Shown: positions 28,466 through 38,178, counted from the first letter of the stretch. The stretch is 64,000 bases of DNA from Candidatus Poribacteria bacterium (GCA_963665845.2 OY762492.1:2624001-2688000); one strand, 5' to 3'. Program-made: numbers and translations. The notes: generated from the letters alone by a model not told the origin.

Positions 28466-29401
28466 ATGCGGAGCATGCGCGGGAAGCGCCCCGCGGCAAA
28501 ACCATCCTGGAAACGCCGCATAGACAAGGCGCTCCCGGCGTGGATGCTGGCGCCGACAGCGGTACTGCTGTTTGGGCTGTTCATCTTTCCGCTGCTCTGG
28601 TCGCTTGGGCTGAGTTTCTACCGGTACTCTGCCCTGCGTCCGCAGCAGGCGCCGCGCTTTGTCGGCTTTGAAAACTACGCCTGGCTCCTGACCGACTCGT
28701 CCACCTGGTCGCGCTTCATTGCGACCGGCGTTTTAGTGGCAGGCTCCGTCGGGCTGCAGTTTCTGATTGGCGTCTCGCTCGCGTTTCTGCTCTACCGCGA
28801 CTTCAAAGGGCGCAAGATCGTCCTGTCGATACTGATTGCGCCGATGATGATGGCGCCGGTCGCGGCGGGCGCGTTTTTTAAGCTGATCTACGACCCGACC
28901 TTCGGCGTCTTGACCTATTTGACGAAGACGCTGCTCGGCGTCCAGGTCGGCTGGCTGGAGAAATCCGCGCCCGCCATGCTCGGCGTCATCATCGCGGACA
29001 CATGGATGTGGTCGCCGTTTGTGATGCTGTTGACGCTGTCCGGCTTGCTGTCGGCGCCGAAGCATCTGCTGGAGATGGCGCAGATCGACCGGGCGGGGCG
29101 CAGCCTCACCTTTCGGTATATCCTTCTGCCGCACATCAAGCCGCTCATGATGCTGGCGGTTCTGCTCCGCACGATGGAGTCGTTCAAGCTGTTCGACACG
29201 ATCTGGATTATGACGCAGGGCGGACCTGGGGACGCGACGGAGACGCTGGCGCTGGCGCTTTACCGCGTCGGTTTTCAGTATTACGACACCGGGCGCGCGT
29301 CGGCTCTGGCGTATCTGATGCTCGCGGCGGTGATTGTTCTGAGCAATTTTTATCTGCGTTTGGCGTCCCGCGCGTCGTCGTCGCCGGAGGGGGAAACATG
29401 A
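28466..29401 (+). CDS. Carbohydrate ABC transporter permease 1
   Basis: Motifs FVGFENY, W.WSPF, EAA-like LLEMAQIDRA and TQGGPG, with multiple TM helices. Confidence 0.92.
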   Translation: MRSMRGKRPAAKPSWKRRIDKALPAWMLAPTAVLLFGLFIFPLLWSLGLSFYRYSALRPQQAPRFVGFENYAWLLTDSSTWSRFIATGVLVAGSVGLQFLIGVSLAFLLYRDFKGRKIVLSILIAPMMMAPVAAGAFFKLIYDPTFGVLTYLTKTLLGVQVGWLEKSAPAMLGVIIADTWMWSPFVMLLTLSGLLSAPKHLLEMAQIDRAGRSLTFRYILLPHIKPLMMLAVLLRTMESFKLFDTIWIMTQGGPGDATETLALALYRVGFQYYDTGRASALAYLMLAAVIVLSNFYLRLASRASSSPEGET

Positions 29402-30243
29402 ATTGGAAAAAAACGCTGCGCGTCGTTCTGATTGCCGTTATCGCGGCGCTGTATGCGTTCCCTGTTCTGTGGGTTATGTTGACGGCGTTCAAGGAGCGGG
29501 TCGATATTTTTGCGCAGCCGCCGAAGCTGTTTTTCACGCCGACGCTGGACAACTTCGCCCGCATTTTTTCCGACGCCGGCTCTGAAGGCTCCATCTTCAG
29601 CTCCAACTTCGCCCGTTATTTTTTTAACAGCGCGCTGCTCTCGTTCGGCAGCGTCTTCACAGCGATCGTCTTCGGGACGATGGGCGCTTACGCCGCGTCG
29701 CGCTTTCCGTTTAAAAACCGCGACTTTGCGATGTTCTCGATTCTCTCCACGCGCATGCTGCCCGCCGTCGCGGTCGTCATACCGGTCTATCTGCTGTATC
29801 GGACGCTGAACCTGATGAACACTTATCTTGGGATGACGCTGCTTTATACGGCGTTCAATTTGCCGTTTGTGATCTGGATGATGCGCAGCTTTTTTGACGA
29901 AATACCGCGCGAGATTGAGGAGGCGGCGATGATGGACGGCTCCTCCCGTTTCCGCGCGTTTTACAAGGTGGCGCTGCCGCAGGTGAAATCGGGCATTGCG
30001 GGCGCGGCGGTCATTTCGCTCCTGTTCACATGGAACGAGTTTCTGTTTGCGTCCATGTTGACCGGCGAGAAGACGCGCACGGTACCCATCGCGCTGGCGC
30101 AGACGCTTCAAGGCGAACGGGGAGTCGACTGGGGAAAATTAGCGGCGATTGAAACGCTTTACATTCTGCCGGTGCTGATTGCGGCGGCTTTGCTTCAGAA
30201 ATATCTGCTGCGCGGTCTTACGTTTGGGACGGTGAAAGGTTGA
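29398..30243 (+). CDS. Carbohydrate ABC transporter permease 2
   Basis: ATG at 29398 (MNWKKTLR), EAA loop IPREIEEAAMMDGS, and WNEFLFA. Confidence 0.92.
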   Translation: MNWKKTLRVVLIAVIAALYAFPVLWVMLTAFKERVDIFAQPPKLFFTPTLDNFARIFSDAGSEGSIFSSNFARYFFNSALLSFGSVFTAIVFGTMGAYAASRFPFKNRDFAMFSILSTRMLPAVAVVIPVYLLYRTLNLMNTYLGMTLLYTAFNLPFVIWMMRSFFDEIPREIEEAAMMDGSSRFRAFYKVALPQVKSGIAGAAVISLLFTWNEFLFASMLTGEKTRTVPIALAQTLQGERGVDWGKLAAIETLYILPVLIAAALLQKYLLRGLTFGTVKG

Positions 30244-31004
30244 GCATTGGACGCGCCGCGGGAATGCTCGCGATTCTTCTGACAGTTCCGCTTACGCTTG
30301 CCTCGCCGTCCAAAGCGCAGCAGCAGATTTCCCGCTATGTCAACGCTGAATTAAGCTACGACCATCTCTATGCCGGTTTCTTCCAATCTAACGTTGCCGA
30401 TGAAGATGCGCCCAACGGCTTCGGCATGGAGTTCGTCGGCTCAAAGTCGTTCGGCGATCATTTTCATGTGTGGGGAAACGGCGGACGCAACACCGTTGAA
30501 TCCACAGAATCGGATGAGCGCTGGACATCATCCATATTCAACATCGGCGTTGGAACTCAATTGGACGCTTCAGAGTACGCCAGCGTCTTCGCCCGCGTCG
30601 GCTTCATCTTCATGGATGCGTCGGCGGATAGCTTCGGCGTCGGAGGCAGCGGATACTGGGACGGTTACATCGCTTCGCTCGGCGCCATGACATTCCCAAT
30701 TTCAAAATTGGGATTGGCGGCAAGCGTTGAGCGCATTGAAATCGACAATGAGACCGAGTACGTTCTTGAGTTCTTTCTTGGCGTTTCAGCGCAGTACCGG
30801 TTCACAGATAAAGTCGCGGCGCGGGCGTTTATTCAACGCGGCATTTCGGATGAGGTCTCCGATTACAACGTTCTTGGCGCGATGGCGGAGTTACGCTTCA
30901 CGAACGTTCTCGCGGCTTATGCGAGCTGGACGCGTCTCTCCCCAGACGACGACGCTATCGATGTTCGCGCTTTCGGCGCAGGTTTGAGATTCCATCTCCC
31001 ATGA
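30240..31004 (+). CDS. Outer-membrane beta-barrel protein
   Basis: Signal peptide, alternating amphipathic strands, and C-terminal FGAGLRFHL. Confidence 0.65.
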   Translation: MSIGRAAGMLAILLTVPLTLASPSKAQQQISRYVNAELSYDHLYAGFFQSNVADEDAPNGFGMEFVGSKSFGDHFHVWGNGGRNTVESTESDERWTSSIFNIGVGTQLDASEYASVFARVGFIFMDASADSFGVGGSGYWDGYIASLGAMTFPISKLGLAASVERIEIDNETEYVLEFFLGVSAQYRFTDKVAARAFIQRGISDEVSDYNVLGAMAELRFTNVLAAYASWTRLSPDDDAIDVRAFGAGLRFHLP

Positions 31005-31071
31005 TCAGCCGGCAGTCTCTATCAAACCCGATCGGTTGAACCAAGCCCCGTTTTTGCGTATGCTTCGTCTT

Positions 31072-31488
31072 ATGGAAGCCTCCGCATCTCCGCATCGCTT
31101 CGTCTGCTCTCTGACGGTTCGAACCTACGAGCTGGACGGCTTTAGGCATGTGAACAACGCTGTCTTTGTGCAGTATCTAGAGGCGGCGCGCGGCGAGATG
31201 ATCCTTTCCGCCGGGCTGGAATACGCCGACTTTCACCGCTGGGAAGCCTACCCAGTCGTCGCGCGTTTGGAAGCGGAGTATTTCCGCCCCGCTCATGCCG
31301 ACGACGATCTTGAGATCGAGTGCAGCGTTGTTGAAACGAAACGAACCCGCTTCACCGTTCAGTACCGCATTCGGCGGATCAAGGACGACGCGCTGATTCT
31401 CCGCGCCTCCACCGTCCATGCCTTTGTCCGTCCGGACGGGAAGCCTGTGCGCGTTCCCGCTCCGTTTCGCGCCGCCTTCGGTCTTTAA
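31072..31488 (+). CDS. Acyl-CoA thioesterase (YbgC/4HBT hotdog family)
   Basis: VRTYELDGFRHVNNAVFVQYLEAAR. Start uncertain (31036, 31060 or 31072). Confidence 0.88.
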   Translation: MEASASPHRFVCSLTVRTYELDGFRHVNNAVFVQYLEAARGEMILSAGLEYADFHRWEAYPVVARLEAEYFRPAHADDDLEIECSVVETKRTRFTVQYRIRRIKDDALILRASTVHAFVRPDGKPVRVPAPFRAAFGL

Positions 31489-32264
31489 CCGCTCCACAAC
31501 GAAAAATACTTTTCCAAAAGAAGAAACCCCCATCGCCCGCTGACCCAAGCCGCTATGCCCAAAAAAACGCCGTACGGGATCTGTCGGCGCCCTCTCAACC
31601 GCACAACCGCCAGACCGACGACGCTGCCGATCACGGCGCTGAGCGAAATCGTCAACAGAACAAGGCTCCAGCTCCCTAAAAACAGACCGATCATTCCGAT
31701 CAGTTTGACGTCGCCGAACCCCATCGCTTCCCCCCGATAGGCGAAGTTGGCGACCGTCCGAATCAGCCAAAGCGCGCCGAAGCCGACCGCGCCCGCCGCC
31801 CCCGCATCGACAAGCGGTTTCCACGCGCCCGTCAGCGCCGAGTCCGCCGCGGCGAGGGTCAACCCCAGCGCCGCGCCGATTCCTGTTAAAACGTCCGGCA
31901 AACGCTCCGTCCGCCAGTCGATGATGCCCAGCGCGAGCAGCAATGCTCCAAACAGCGCCAACCGCGCGCCGTTCAGCGCCGGACCTTCCGCCCATGCCGC
32001 CCATGCAAACAGCGCCGCCGCCGCCAGCTCCACAAGCGGATAACGCAGCGGAATGCGGGCGGAGCAGTCGGCGCACCTGCCGCGCAGAAACAGATAACTG
32101 AAAAGCGGGATGTTATGGACGGCGCGCACCGGCGCCCCGCAGGAGGGGCAGTAGGAGCGCGGCGGATTCCATGGCGTCTGTCCAAGCGGGATTCGGTGGA
32201 TGCATACGTTTAAAAAGCTGCCGGCGCACAATCCGATCAAGCCGCTAAGGATCGTCGGGGTCAT
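31485..32264 (-). CDS. pilD: Prepilin peptidase (A24)
   Basis: Motifs GSFLNVCIHRIP, SYCPSC, GRCADC, IDWR..LPD and MGFGDVKL. Confidence 0.92.
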   Translation of the reverse strand: MTPTILSGLIGLCAGSFLNVCIHRIPLGQTPWNPPRSYCPSCGAPVRAVHNIPLFSYLFLRGRCADCSARIPLRYPLVELAAAALFAWAAWAEGPALNGARLALFGALLLALGIIDWRTERLPDVLTGIGAALGLTLAAADSALTGAWKPLVDAGAAGAVGFGALWLIRTVANFAYRGEAMGFGDVKLIGMIGLFLGSWSLVLLTISLSAVIGSVVGLAVVRLRGRRQIPYGVFLGIAAWVSGRWGFLLLEKYFSLWSG

Positions 32265-32670
32265 ACGGGGGCCACCAGTCGGGGTTTTCGCGGATCGGGG
32301 CGGACAGCTCCGCCTCGGCTCCGAGTCGGTATTTGTCGGGGGCTTTGTCGTTTTCTGGGTCGATGCCGACCAGCCCGCGCGCGTTGTCAAAAATGAACTG
32401 CCCGCCCCATGGCGTCTCTAGCATACGGAGCGAATCGAGATACGGTCCGCGCCAGCCCTCCGCGCCTGGGTTGTTCACCAGATGAGTCGGATCGACGCAT
32501 GGCGCCCCTGTTTGACGGGCGAACCGCGCCGCGGCGTCCGAGATCGTTTCCAAGCGCGTTGCCGCCGCGTTCACTTTTCGGCTGTCCATATAGACCGGCA
32601 GCGTGAACGCCCCCGCTAAGACCGCCGCAGCAATCAAAACGCCCGCCTTCAAGAGTCGCATTCGTCCCAT
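32245..32670 (-). CDS. GspG/T2SS-G-like pseudopilin domain protein
   Basis: N-terminal hydrophobic helix. LVNNPGAEGWRGPYL...TPWGGQF matches the GspG C-terminal pattern. No canonical G|FTLIE site. Confidence 0.6.
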   Translation of the reverse strand: MGRMRLLKAGVLIAAAVLAGAFTLPVYMDSRKVNAAATRLETISDAAARFARQTGAPCVDPTHLVNNPGAEGWRGPYLDSLRMLETPWGGQFIFDNARGLVGIDPENDKAPDKYRLGAEAELSAPIRENPDWWPPYDPDDP

Positions 32671-33236
32671 TTCTCCTTCCACGCGCGCAGGATGTTCAAC
32701 GCCCCGTCCAGATCGCCTTCCCGCAGACGCTCCAGCGCTGCTTCGTCCGCTTGTCCGCGCGCCTCGCCCATCAAGGCGGTCAGCTCCTCATACGCATGCC
32801 CGTACCGTTCTTCAAGCTCCTCCCGCATCTGCTTCGCTAACGCGGGGCTTCGTCCGCCCGTTGAAACGGCGATCGTCAACGCGCCGCGCTGAACCGCCCC
32901 CGGCGTATGAAACGTCGCGTCGTCCAGCGCATGCGCGCTGTTGATCCAGACTCCCATGCGCCGGGCGCAGCGCGCCATCGATTCGTTCACAGCGCGCGAA
33001 TCGGTCAACGCGAACGCGAGCCGAAAGCCGCGCAGATCGCTCGGTTTAAACGGGCGGGGCGCCCATCGAAACGCGCCGGACGCCTCCAGTTTCATCAGCC
33101 CTTCGTTCAGCGTCGGGCTAACGACGGTCAGCTTTGCGCCGCATGCCAACAGACGCCGTATTTTCCGCTCCGCTACCTTCCCCCCGCCGGCGACCAGCGC
33201 CGCCTCCCCCCGCAGTTTCAAAAAAATAGGATACAT
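32649..33236 (-). CDS. sirC: Precorrin-2 dehydrogenase/sirohydrochlorin ferrochelatase (CysG-B/SirC)
   Basis: Motifs YPIFLKL, GGGKVAERK and IAVSTGGRSPALA. Confidence 0.88.
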   Translation of the reverse strand: MYPIFLKLRGEAALVAGGGKVAERKIRRLLACGAKLTVVSPTLNEGLMKLEASGAFRWAPRPFKPSDLRGFRLAFALTDSRAVNESMARCARRMGVWINSAHALDDATFHTPGAVQRGALTIAVSTGGRSPALAKQMREELEERYGHAYEELTALMGEARGQADEAALERLREGDLDGALNILRAWKEKWDECDS

Positions 33237-33254
33237 CAAAACGGACGCCTCCCG

Positions 33255-33295
33255 CTGACCAAACCCCTTTTAAGTTGGGACATTTGAACGGACGC
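33255..33295. repeat. Solo MITE terminal repeat
   Basis: CTGACC...TAAGTTGGGACATTTGAACG. A second solo end lies at ~27534-27560. Confidence 0.6.
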
Positions 33296-33329
33296 GGATG
33301 TTACGGCGTTCTGCTGAAGGGGGCGACTC

Positions 33330-34163
33330 CTATGATGAGGAGTCGTCCGTCCGGAAGAACGCGCGCCGCGCCAGCAGCGCCATCCCTAAACCCAACCCAA
33401 ACACGCACACAACGGTCGGACCCGTTGGATCATCCATCTGGTACGATATATTGCAGCCCATGAAACTCGCCGCGACGCCAAAAGCCCAGCCGATGATCAA
33501 CCGGGAACTCACGCGGGAGGCGAGCAGAGAGCCGACAATGGCAGGCGCAATCAAAAAGCTGAACACCAGCAGAACGCCCGCAATCTGCACCGAGCTGGTC
33601 ACGACGACGCCGAACAGCGCATAAAACAGGAAATCCCATCTGCGTATCGACACGCCGCTCTCCTGCGCCTCCTTCGGGCGCATCGAGATGAGCATGAACC
33701 GCTTCCGGAATATCCAATGGATCAGCCCGACCGCCGCATACAGCGCCGCCACAGCGCCGACCTCCCCCCAGCTGACAAACAGGATGGAGCCTGTCAACAT
33801 CGACTTGATCTCGTCCGAGGCATGCGCGATGCGGTCCGCCATGAGAATCGCCCCCGCCGACGCGACCGCATACGCCATGCCGATGAACGCCTCCTGCGGA
33901 ACGCTGCCCTTGATGGAGCGCGTGTAGGTGAAAACGCCCGCGCCGACAATCGTCAACCCAAGCGAAAAGAGATACACCCCAATCTTGCTTTCCACATGCA
34001 GCAGCGCCGCGAGCAGCGCGCCCAGCGCCGCTATTTGAGCCAGCGCAAGGTCCACAAAAATGACGCCGCGCGCCAGGATATGAATCCCAAGATAGGCATG
34101 AATGCCTGTCAGGATCAGGCACGCGGCGAACGGAGCCGCCATGATCGAGAGCTGCTCCATCAC
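33330..34163 (-). CDS. Metal (Zn/Mn-type) ABC-3 permease
   Basis: Motifs YLGIHILARGVIFVDLALAQIAALG and VQIAGVLLVFSFLIAPA. Confidence 0.88.
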   Translation of the reverse strand: MMEQLSIMAAPFAACLILTGIHAYLGIHILARGVIFVDLALAQIAALGALLAALLHVESKIGVYLFSLGLTIVGAGVFTYTRSIKGSVPQEAFIGMAYAVASAGAILMADRIAHASDEIKSMLTGSILFVSWGEVGAVAALYAAVGLIHWIFRKRFMLISMRPKEAQESGVSIRRWDFLFYALFGVVVTSSVQIAGVLLVFSFLIAPAIVGSLLASRVSSRLIIGWAFGVAASFMGCNISYQMDDPTGPTVVCVFGLGLGMALLARRAFFRTDDSSS

Positions 34164-35110
34164 GGCGCCAGCGCTTTTTCTTCTTCGACGGAGGTCTGCC
34201 GCGGCTCAGCCGCTTTTTCTAACTCGACGGCGATCTTCTCAAACATATCGGCGTAAGTTTTCACCTCCTTGTAGGCGCCGACCGTCTGCGGCAGGGGGAT
34301 GTACTTCACCCCCGCTCGGTTTGCGGTCGCCTGCGGAATCTTCGGCGGAAAATGGTTTGACGCGACGACCGCGGCCGCCTTCTCCGACTTAATCTGCGCA
34401 ATCAGATTCGCCAGATGGCGCGGACCGGGCGGAATGCCCGGCTTCTCCTCCACATGACCGATCACATCCAACCCGATCCAGTTCGACAGATACGCCCAGG
34501 TGCGGTGGTAGGCGACAACCTTGACGCCGCGCCATGCCTCAAGCCGCTTCTCCCAGTCTTTGATGCGCTTCTTGTAGGCGGTTTCAAACGCCTTCAGGTT
34601 CGCTTCGTACTGCTCCTTCCGCTCCGGGTCGATTTCGGAAAACCGCTCCGCCAGCAGCTCGGCGACCAGAATGCCGTTGCGCGGATCCAGCATATAGTGC
34701 GGATTCCCCTCGGCATGAATATCCCCGTGGGAACGATGCAGCTCCTCTTCGGGAACCTCCAGCTTCTCCTTCACCGCATCGGAGGCGTTGATGAGCCGCC
34801 GGCTTCCGGGCGCCATATGCTTGTTCCGCGCGCCTTCGATCAGCTTTGGAAGCCAGCCGACCTCCAGCTCCATGCCGGTGAAGATCAGAATGTCGGCGCG
34901 GTTGACGCGGCGTATGTAGCTCGGTTTCGCTTCCACATAATGCGGGTCCTGCGTCCCTTTCGCAATGGCGTGGACATCCGCGTTGTCCCCGACGATCTCC
35001 TTGGCGACCGCCGCCAGGTCGGGCGTCGTCGTCACGATGCGAAGCGCGTATGCCGAGTCGCATAGAAAAAGGGCGAAGATTGTGCAAAGGGCGAAGATTG
35101 CTCTGCGCAT
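34160..35110 (-). CDS. Metal ABC transporter substrate-binding protein (ZnuA/TroA cluster A-I)
   Basis: Motifs QDPHYVEAKPS, GDIHAEGNPHYMLDP, YHRTWAY and KPGIPP. Confidence 0.9.
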   Translation of the reverse strand: MRRAIFALCTIFALFLCDSAYALRIVTTTPDLAAVAKEIVGDNADVHAIAKGTQDPHYVEAKPSYIRRVNRADILIFTGMELEVGWLPKLIEGARNKHMAPGSRRLINASDAVKEKLEVPEEELHRSHGDIHAEGNPHYMLDPRNGILVAELLAERFSEIDPERKEQYEANLKAFETAYKKRIKDWEKRLEAWRGVKVVAYHRTWAYLSNWIGLDVIGHVEEKPGIPPGPRHLANLIAQIKSEKAAAVVASNHFPPKIPQATANRAGVKYIPLPQTVGAYKEVKTYADMFEKIAVELEKAAEPRQTSVEEEKALAP

Positions 35111-35219
35111 ACATGTACTCCTCGTGTTGTTTCAGCTGACGCCGGCGCCTGAATTGAAACATGCCTGAATACAGATCAAATGTTCCAACTCAAGCGCCGA
35201 CCTCATCGCTGACGATGCC

Positions 35220-36443
35220 TCAATAGGAATGGGCGGGGTGAGAGCCGATCGTGAAGCTGTACTGAAGCGACACGCTGTTTTCGGCATCCTCCTCGTCCGG
35301 ATGGCTCTTGGACGCAAACTGCAGGCGCAGCAGCTGAAACTCGGTCGGGACGAAGGCGAGAATCGCGCGGATGCGGGACGCCGTCTCCTCATGCTCCGTC
35401 AGCCAGTCGAAGCCCGCCTCGGCGATCCAGCCTTTGGCGAACTGGTACTGCGCCAGAGCGTGTCCGCCCGACAGATCCTCTTCGCCGACGCTGCCGGTCA
35501 AGAACTCGCCCTCGATGACAAACATCTGATGCCGCGCGGCTTCCAGCGGTTTCCATTTGATCCGCGCGTCCACGCCGAAGACCGAATTCGACTGCTCCAC
35601 ATCTTCAACGATGTCGTCATGCAGCTCTTCTATCGTCCGCGAGCCGAACAGCGCCGACGCGCCAAGCTCAAACGTGGTCGCGTCGTTGATGTCCAGCTGG
35701 TTGTGGAGCCGTCCCAGATAGGCGAGGTCCCAGCCCTCTTCGCTTCCGAAAAGTACAGGGTTGTCGCCGTTGTAGACGCCGCCAATCAGTTCGGCGTACC
35801 AGTCGACAGGGGCGAGCCAGCTCAGTTCGGCGCCGACTTCGTTCAGGCTCTCTTCCCCAAACAGGCTTTCGTTGACAAGCGGCGCTTCGATGAACGGGTA
35901 CTGATGCTTATGCAGCTGGTTGTGGCGTCCGAATGAGGCGAAGTATTTGCCCGCCTTGAGCGCCAGGTCTGCCGGCATTCCGAGCGTCAGGACATACGCC
36001 TCCTCCAGCTCAAAGCCGGCGGAGCCATGCATGCCGAGCATGACGTTCGCTTTCACATGCGGATCGACAAAGGAGGTGAACTGCGCCTCAATCTCTTGAA
36101 CGCCCCAGCCGTCCTCAATGGCGGCGCCGTGAGCATGCGCGTCTCCTCCGTGTCCGTTTTCAGCCTCTGAATGTCCGTTCTCTTCGTCATGATGCCCGTT
36201 CTCTTCATGTCCGTTCCCGTCGTCATGATGATGCTCCTCTTCGCCGCCGAGCATGGCGTTTCCGAGGAACAGCCCGTTGATGCTGATGGCGGGGTTGAAG
36301 GCGCGCGACACGCCGGTTACATCCCCAGGAGCGTCCGCTTTGCCGTCGTCTTGGGCATGCAATGCGGAGCTGAACATGAGCGCCGCCAGCATCGCCAGCG
36401 CGCTTCCCAGTCGACCGATCATCCGAACAACGCTGCGTTTCAT
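35220..36443 (-). CDS. His-rich outer-membrane beta-barrel (metal-uptake associated)
   Basis: Signal peptide, FNPAISING, His/acidic insert (EEEHHHDDGNGHEENGHHDEENGH...HAHG), FGRHNQLHKH, and C-terminal IGSHPAHSY. Confidence 0.8.
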   Translation of the reverse strand: MKRSVVRMIGRLGSALAMLAALMFSSALHAQDDGKADAPGDVTGVSRAFNPAISINGLFLGNAMLGGEEEHHHDDGNGHEENGHHDEENGHSEAENGHGGDAHAHGAAIEDGWGVQEIEAQFTSFVDPHVKANVMLGMHGSAGFELEEAYVLTLGMPADLALKAGKYFASFGRHNQLHKHQYPFIEAPLVNESLFGEESLNEVGAELSWLAPVDWYAELIGGVYNGDNPVLFGSEEGWDLAYLGRLHNQLDINDATTFELGASALFGSRTIEELHDDIVEDVEQSNSVFGVDARIKWKPLEAARHQMFVIEGEFLTGSVGEEDLSGGHALAQYQFAKGWIAEAGFDWLTEHEETASRIRAILAFVPTEFQLLRLQFASKSHPDEEDAENSVSLQYSFTIGSHPAHSY

Positions 36444-36517
36444 AGAGTGAACCTCTTTCGTTGGTTCTGTTTATGGACGTTCGCTTACGGAACCTAGCCG
36501 TTTTCAATTCGCCATGT

Positions 36518-36710
36518 ATCTTAGCCGAAGCCGGCGGAATGTCCAAATTTTTTTTGAGCTTCGCCGCATAACCTTAGCAGAAGCTGTCGGAATATCCAAA
36601 TTTGTTCACTCCGCCGCGCATCTCTTAGCCGAAGCCTGCGAGATGTCTAAATTGTTTTTCACTTCGACACATCGTCTTAGCCGAAGCCGTCGGAATGTCC
36701 AAATTTTTTT
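36518..36710 (-). repeat. Four ~52-bp tandem units, each resembling an A-tract plus sigma70 promoter facing the metal-uptake operon
   Basis: A CTTAGCCGAAGCC.GCGGAATGTCCAAATTT-like core starts at 36520, 36573, 36624 and 36676. Confidence 0.85.
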
Positions 36711-36786
36711 CAAAAAGAAGGGAAAATTCTTTGCGCGGCATGCTCTGCGAATGCGAATCGCTGCCGCTTCGTCCGCTGACATTTTT

Positions 36787-37419
36787 TTAAGGCAACAGCG
36801 GATTCTCCTCTTTTTTCGGCGCGCCGACAGCGAACGCTCCAATCAGGACGCCCTCCACGATCGTCAAGCTGGACTCGACGATGGGAGACGCGCCGACGAT
36901 GACCGACGCGCCGACCGACGCAACCAGTATAACGCCGCCGAATACCGGCATTTTTCCGCCGCAGCTTGCCGCAAACAGGCAGACCGCAAAGACGCCCAGA
37001 ATAGCGTTCACGGCGCGGGTCGGCTCCAAAACGCCGTCCCAGAGCGCGAAGACCGCCGCTTGCGCCGCGTCCATGCCTGCTGGGGACGCTTCCGCCCATT
37101 TGCGCATCGTTTCAATCGGTATCGTTTGAAGCGCCGCTTCGATGAGCGAGATCGGAAGCCAGACCAGCAGAAACGCCATGCCGGCGCGCGCCCATCCGTT
37201 TTCAACGCTCTTTCCGAGGGCGTAAAGCGGGGCGGTTAACAGAAGTAAAACGCCGATGCGGAAGCCCCATGTTTTGCCGAGCAACGGCGCGTTGCCGAAG
37301 AAATCGATCCATGCGTCGGCGCCCTCCGCCGGGGCGCCGCTGTAAATGAGCGTTTGCCAGACGCCCGCTATCGTCAACCCTAATGCTCCAATCAGCGCCA
37401 AACCGCGCGCGCCTCTCAT
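36787..37419 (-). CDS. Hypothetical multi-pass membrane protein
   Basis: RBS GGAGG before MRGARGLALIG, ~6 hydrophobic segments, and ATGA overlap with the upstream ORF. Confidence 0.65.
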   Translation of the reverse strand: MRGARGLALIGALGLTIAGVWQTLIYSGAPAEGADAWIDFFGNAPLLGKTWGFRIGVLLLLTAPLYALGKSVENGWARAGMAFLLVWLPISLIEAALQTIPIETMRKWAEASPAGMDAAQAAVFALWDGVLEPTRAVNAILGVFAVCLFAASCGGKMPVFGGVILVASVGASVIVGASPIVESSLTIVEGVLIGAFAVGAPKKEENPLLP

Positions 37420-37712
37420 TTTTGTTCCTCCTTCATTTTTGTCCAATGCTGCGCAAACTGGAAGAGCAGACTTTCTGTCCAGCGGCAGATAAGAACCGCC
37501 GCCGCAATCGACAGCAGAATCGGAAGCGTCATGGACGGCGATCCGTTCTCGGCTGCGTTTGGGAGATCTAAGAGGGGAACGCAGATCAGCGCAAACGGCA
37601 GCGCGCCGGACAGGCACAACATCAAGAGATGCAGAGCGTACGACAACACAGCCGCCAAAAGCCCGCCTCTACGTTTCAACAGCAGACTCACAACCGCTCG
37701 GCTGCCTTTCAT
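37416..37712 (-). CDS. Hypothetical small membrane protein
   Basis: RBS-like GGGAGG, two hydrophobic segments, and coupling to the downstream gene. Confidence 0.45.
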   Translation of the reverse strand: MKGSRAVVSLLLKRRGGLLAAVLSYALHLLMLCLSGALPFALICVPLLDLPNAAENGSPSMTLPILLSIAAAVLICRWTESLLFQFAQHWTKMKEEQK

Positions 37713-37779
37713 TTGCGCCTCCCTTCTGTCTGTCTAAGTGAGCATCATGCAGAACGCCGCCGTTTTTTGCAACCGCTTT

Positions 37780-38176
37780 TTTTAACCCTAAAGCGTCCGC
37801 GCCGCCCGTCGTCATTCCCGTGAAAACGGGAATCTTAGGCGTCGCAGACGCCGTCCATATGGCGTCTCCGATCAACATCATCGCATGAGCGTACTCCCTT
37901 TTAACCCTAAGGCGTCCGCGCCGCCGCGCCCGATTCCCCCTTGAAAAGGGGGGCTAGGGGGGTTTAAAGTGCGGGCGCAGCGGCTGCGATGCCTTAAGAT
38001 TCTCGCTTGCGCGGGAATGACAGCGGGTAGGATGGACGTTGAGGTGAATGCGACGGTGTCGGATTAGGACTCTGGATTCCCGCTTGCGCGGGAATGACGA
38101 CATGGTTGGCGGCGCCTTTTTCCCATGAATAAAAGCTTTGATCGTTCCACTGTCTCAACTTTCAGCATGGGGTCAT
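37780..38176. repeat. Composite repeat cluster ending in a MITE terminal repeat
   Basis: Three dRS3-like palindromes, one C/G-tract module, TTTTCCCATGAATAAAAGC and the TIR-like TGTCTCAACTTTCAGCATGGGGTCA. Confidence 0.8.
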
Positions 38177-38178
38177 GG

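Noticed and set aside
28466-31004. Novel transporter (two sugar permeases plus a barrel, without SBP or ATPase)
   Set aside because: Shared MsmX/MalK-type ATPases and dispersed SBPs are common for carbohydrate ABC systems, so this is not distinctive on its own.
31485-32670. Type II secretion or type IV pilus locus
   Set aside because: Only pilD and one GspG-like gene are present, with no secretin, ATPase or platform protein in the window.
36518-36710. CRISPR array
   Set aside because: The intervening segments are only ~18-20 bp and resemble each other, the repeats are degenerate, and no cas genes are present. It fits a tandem promoter-like repeat better.
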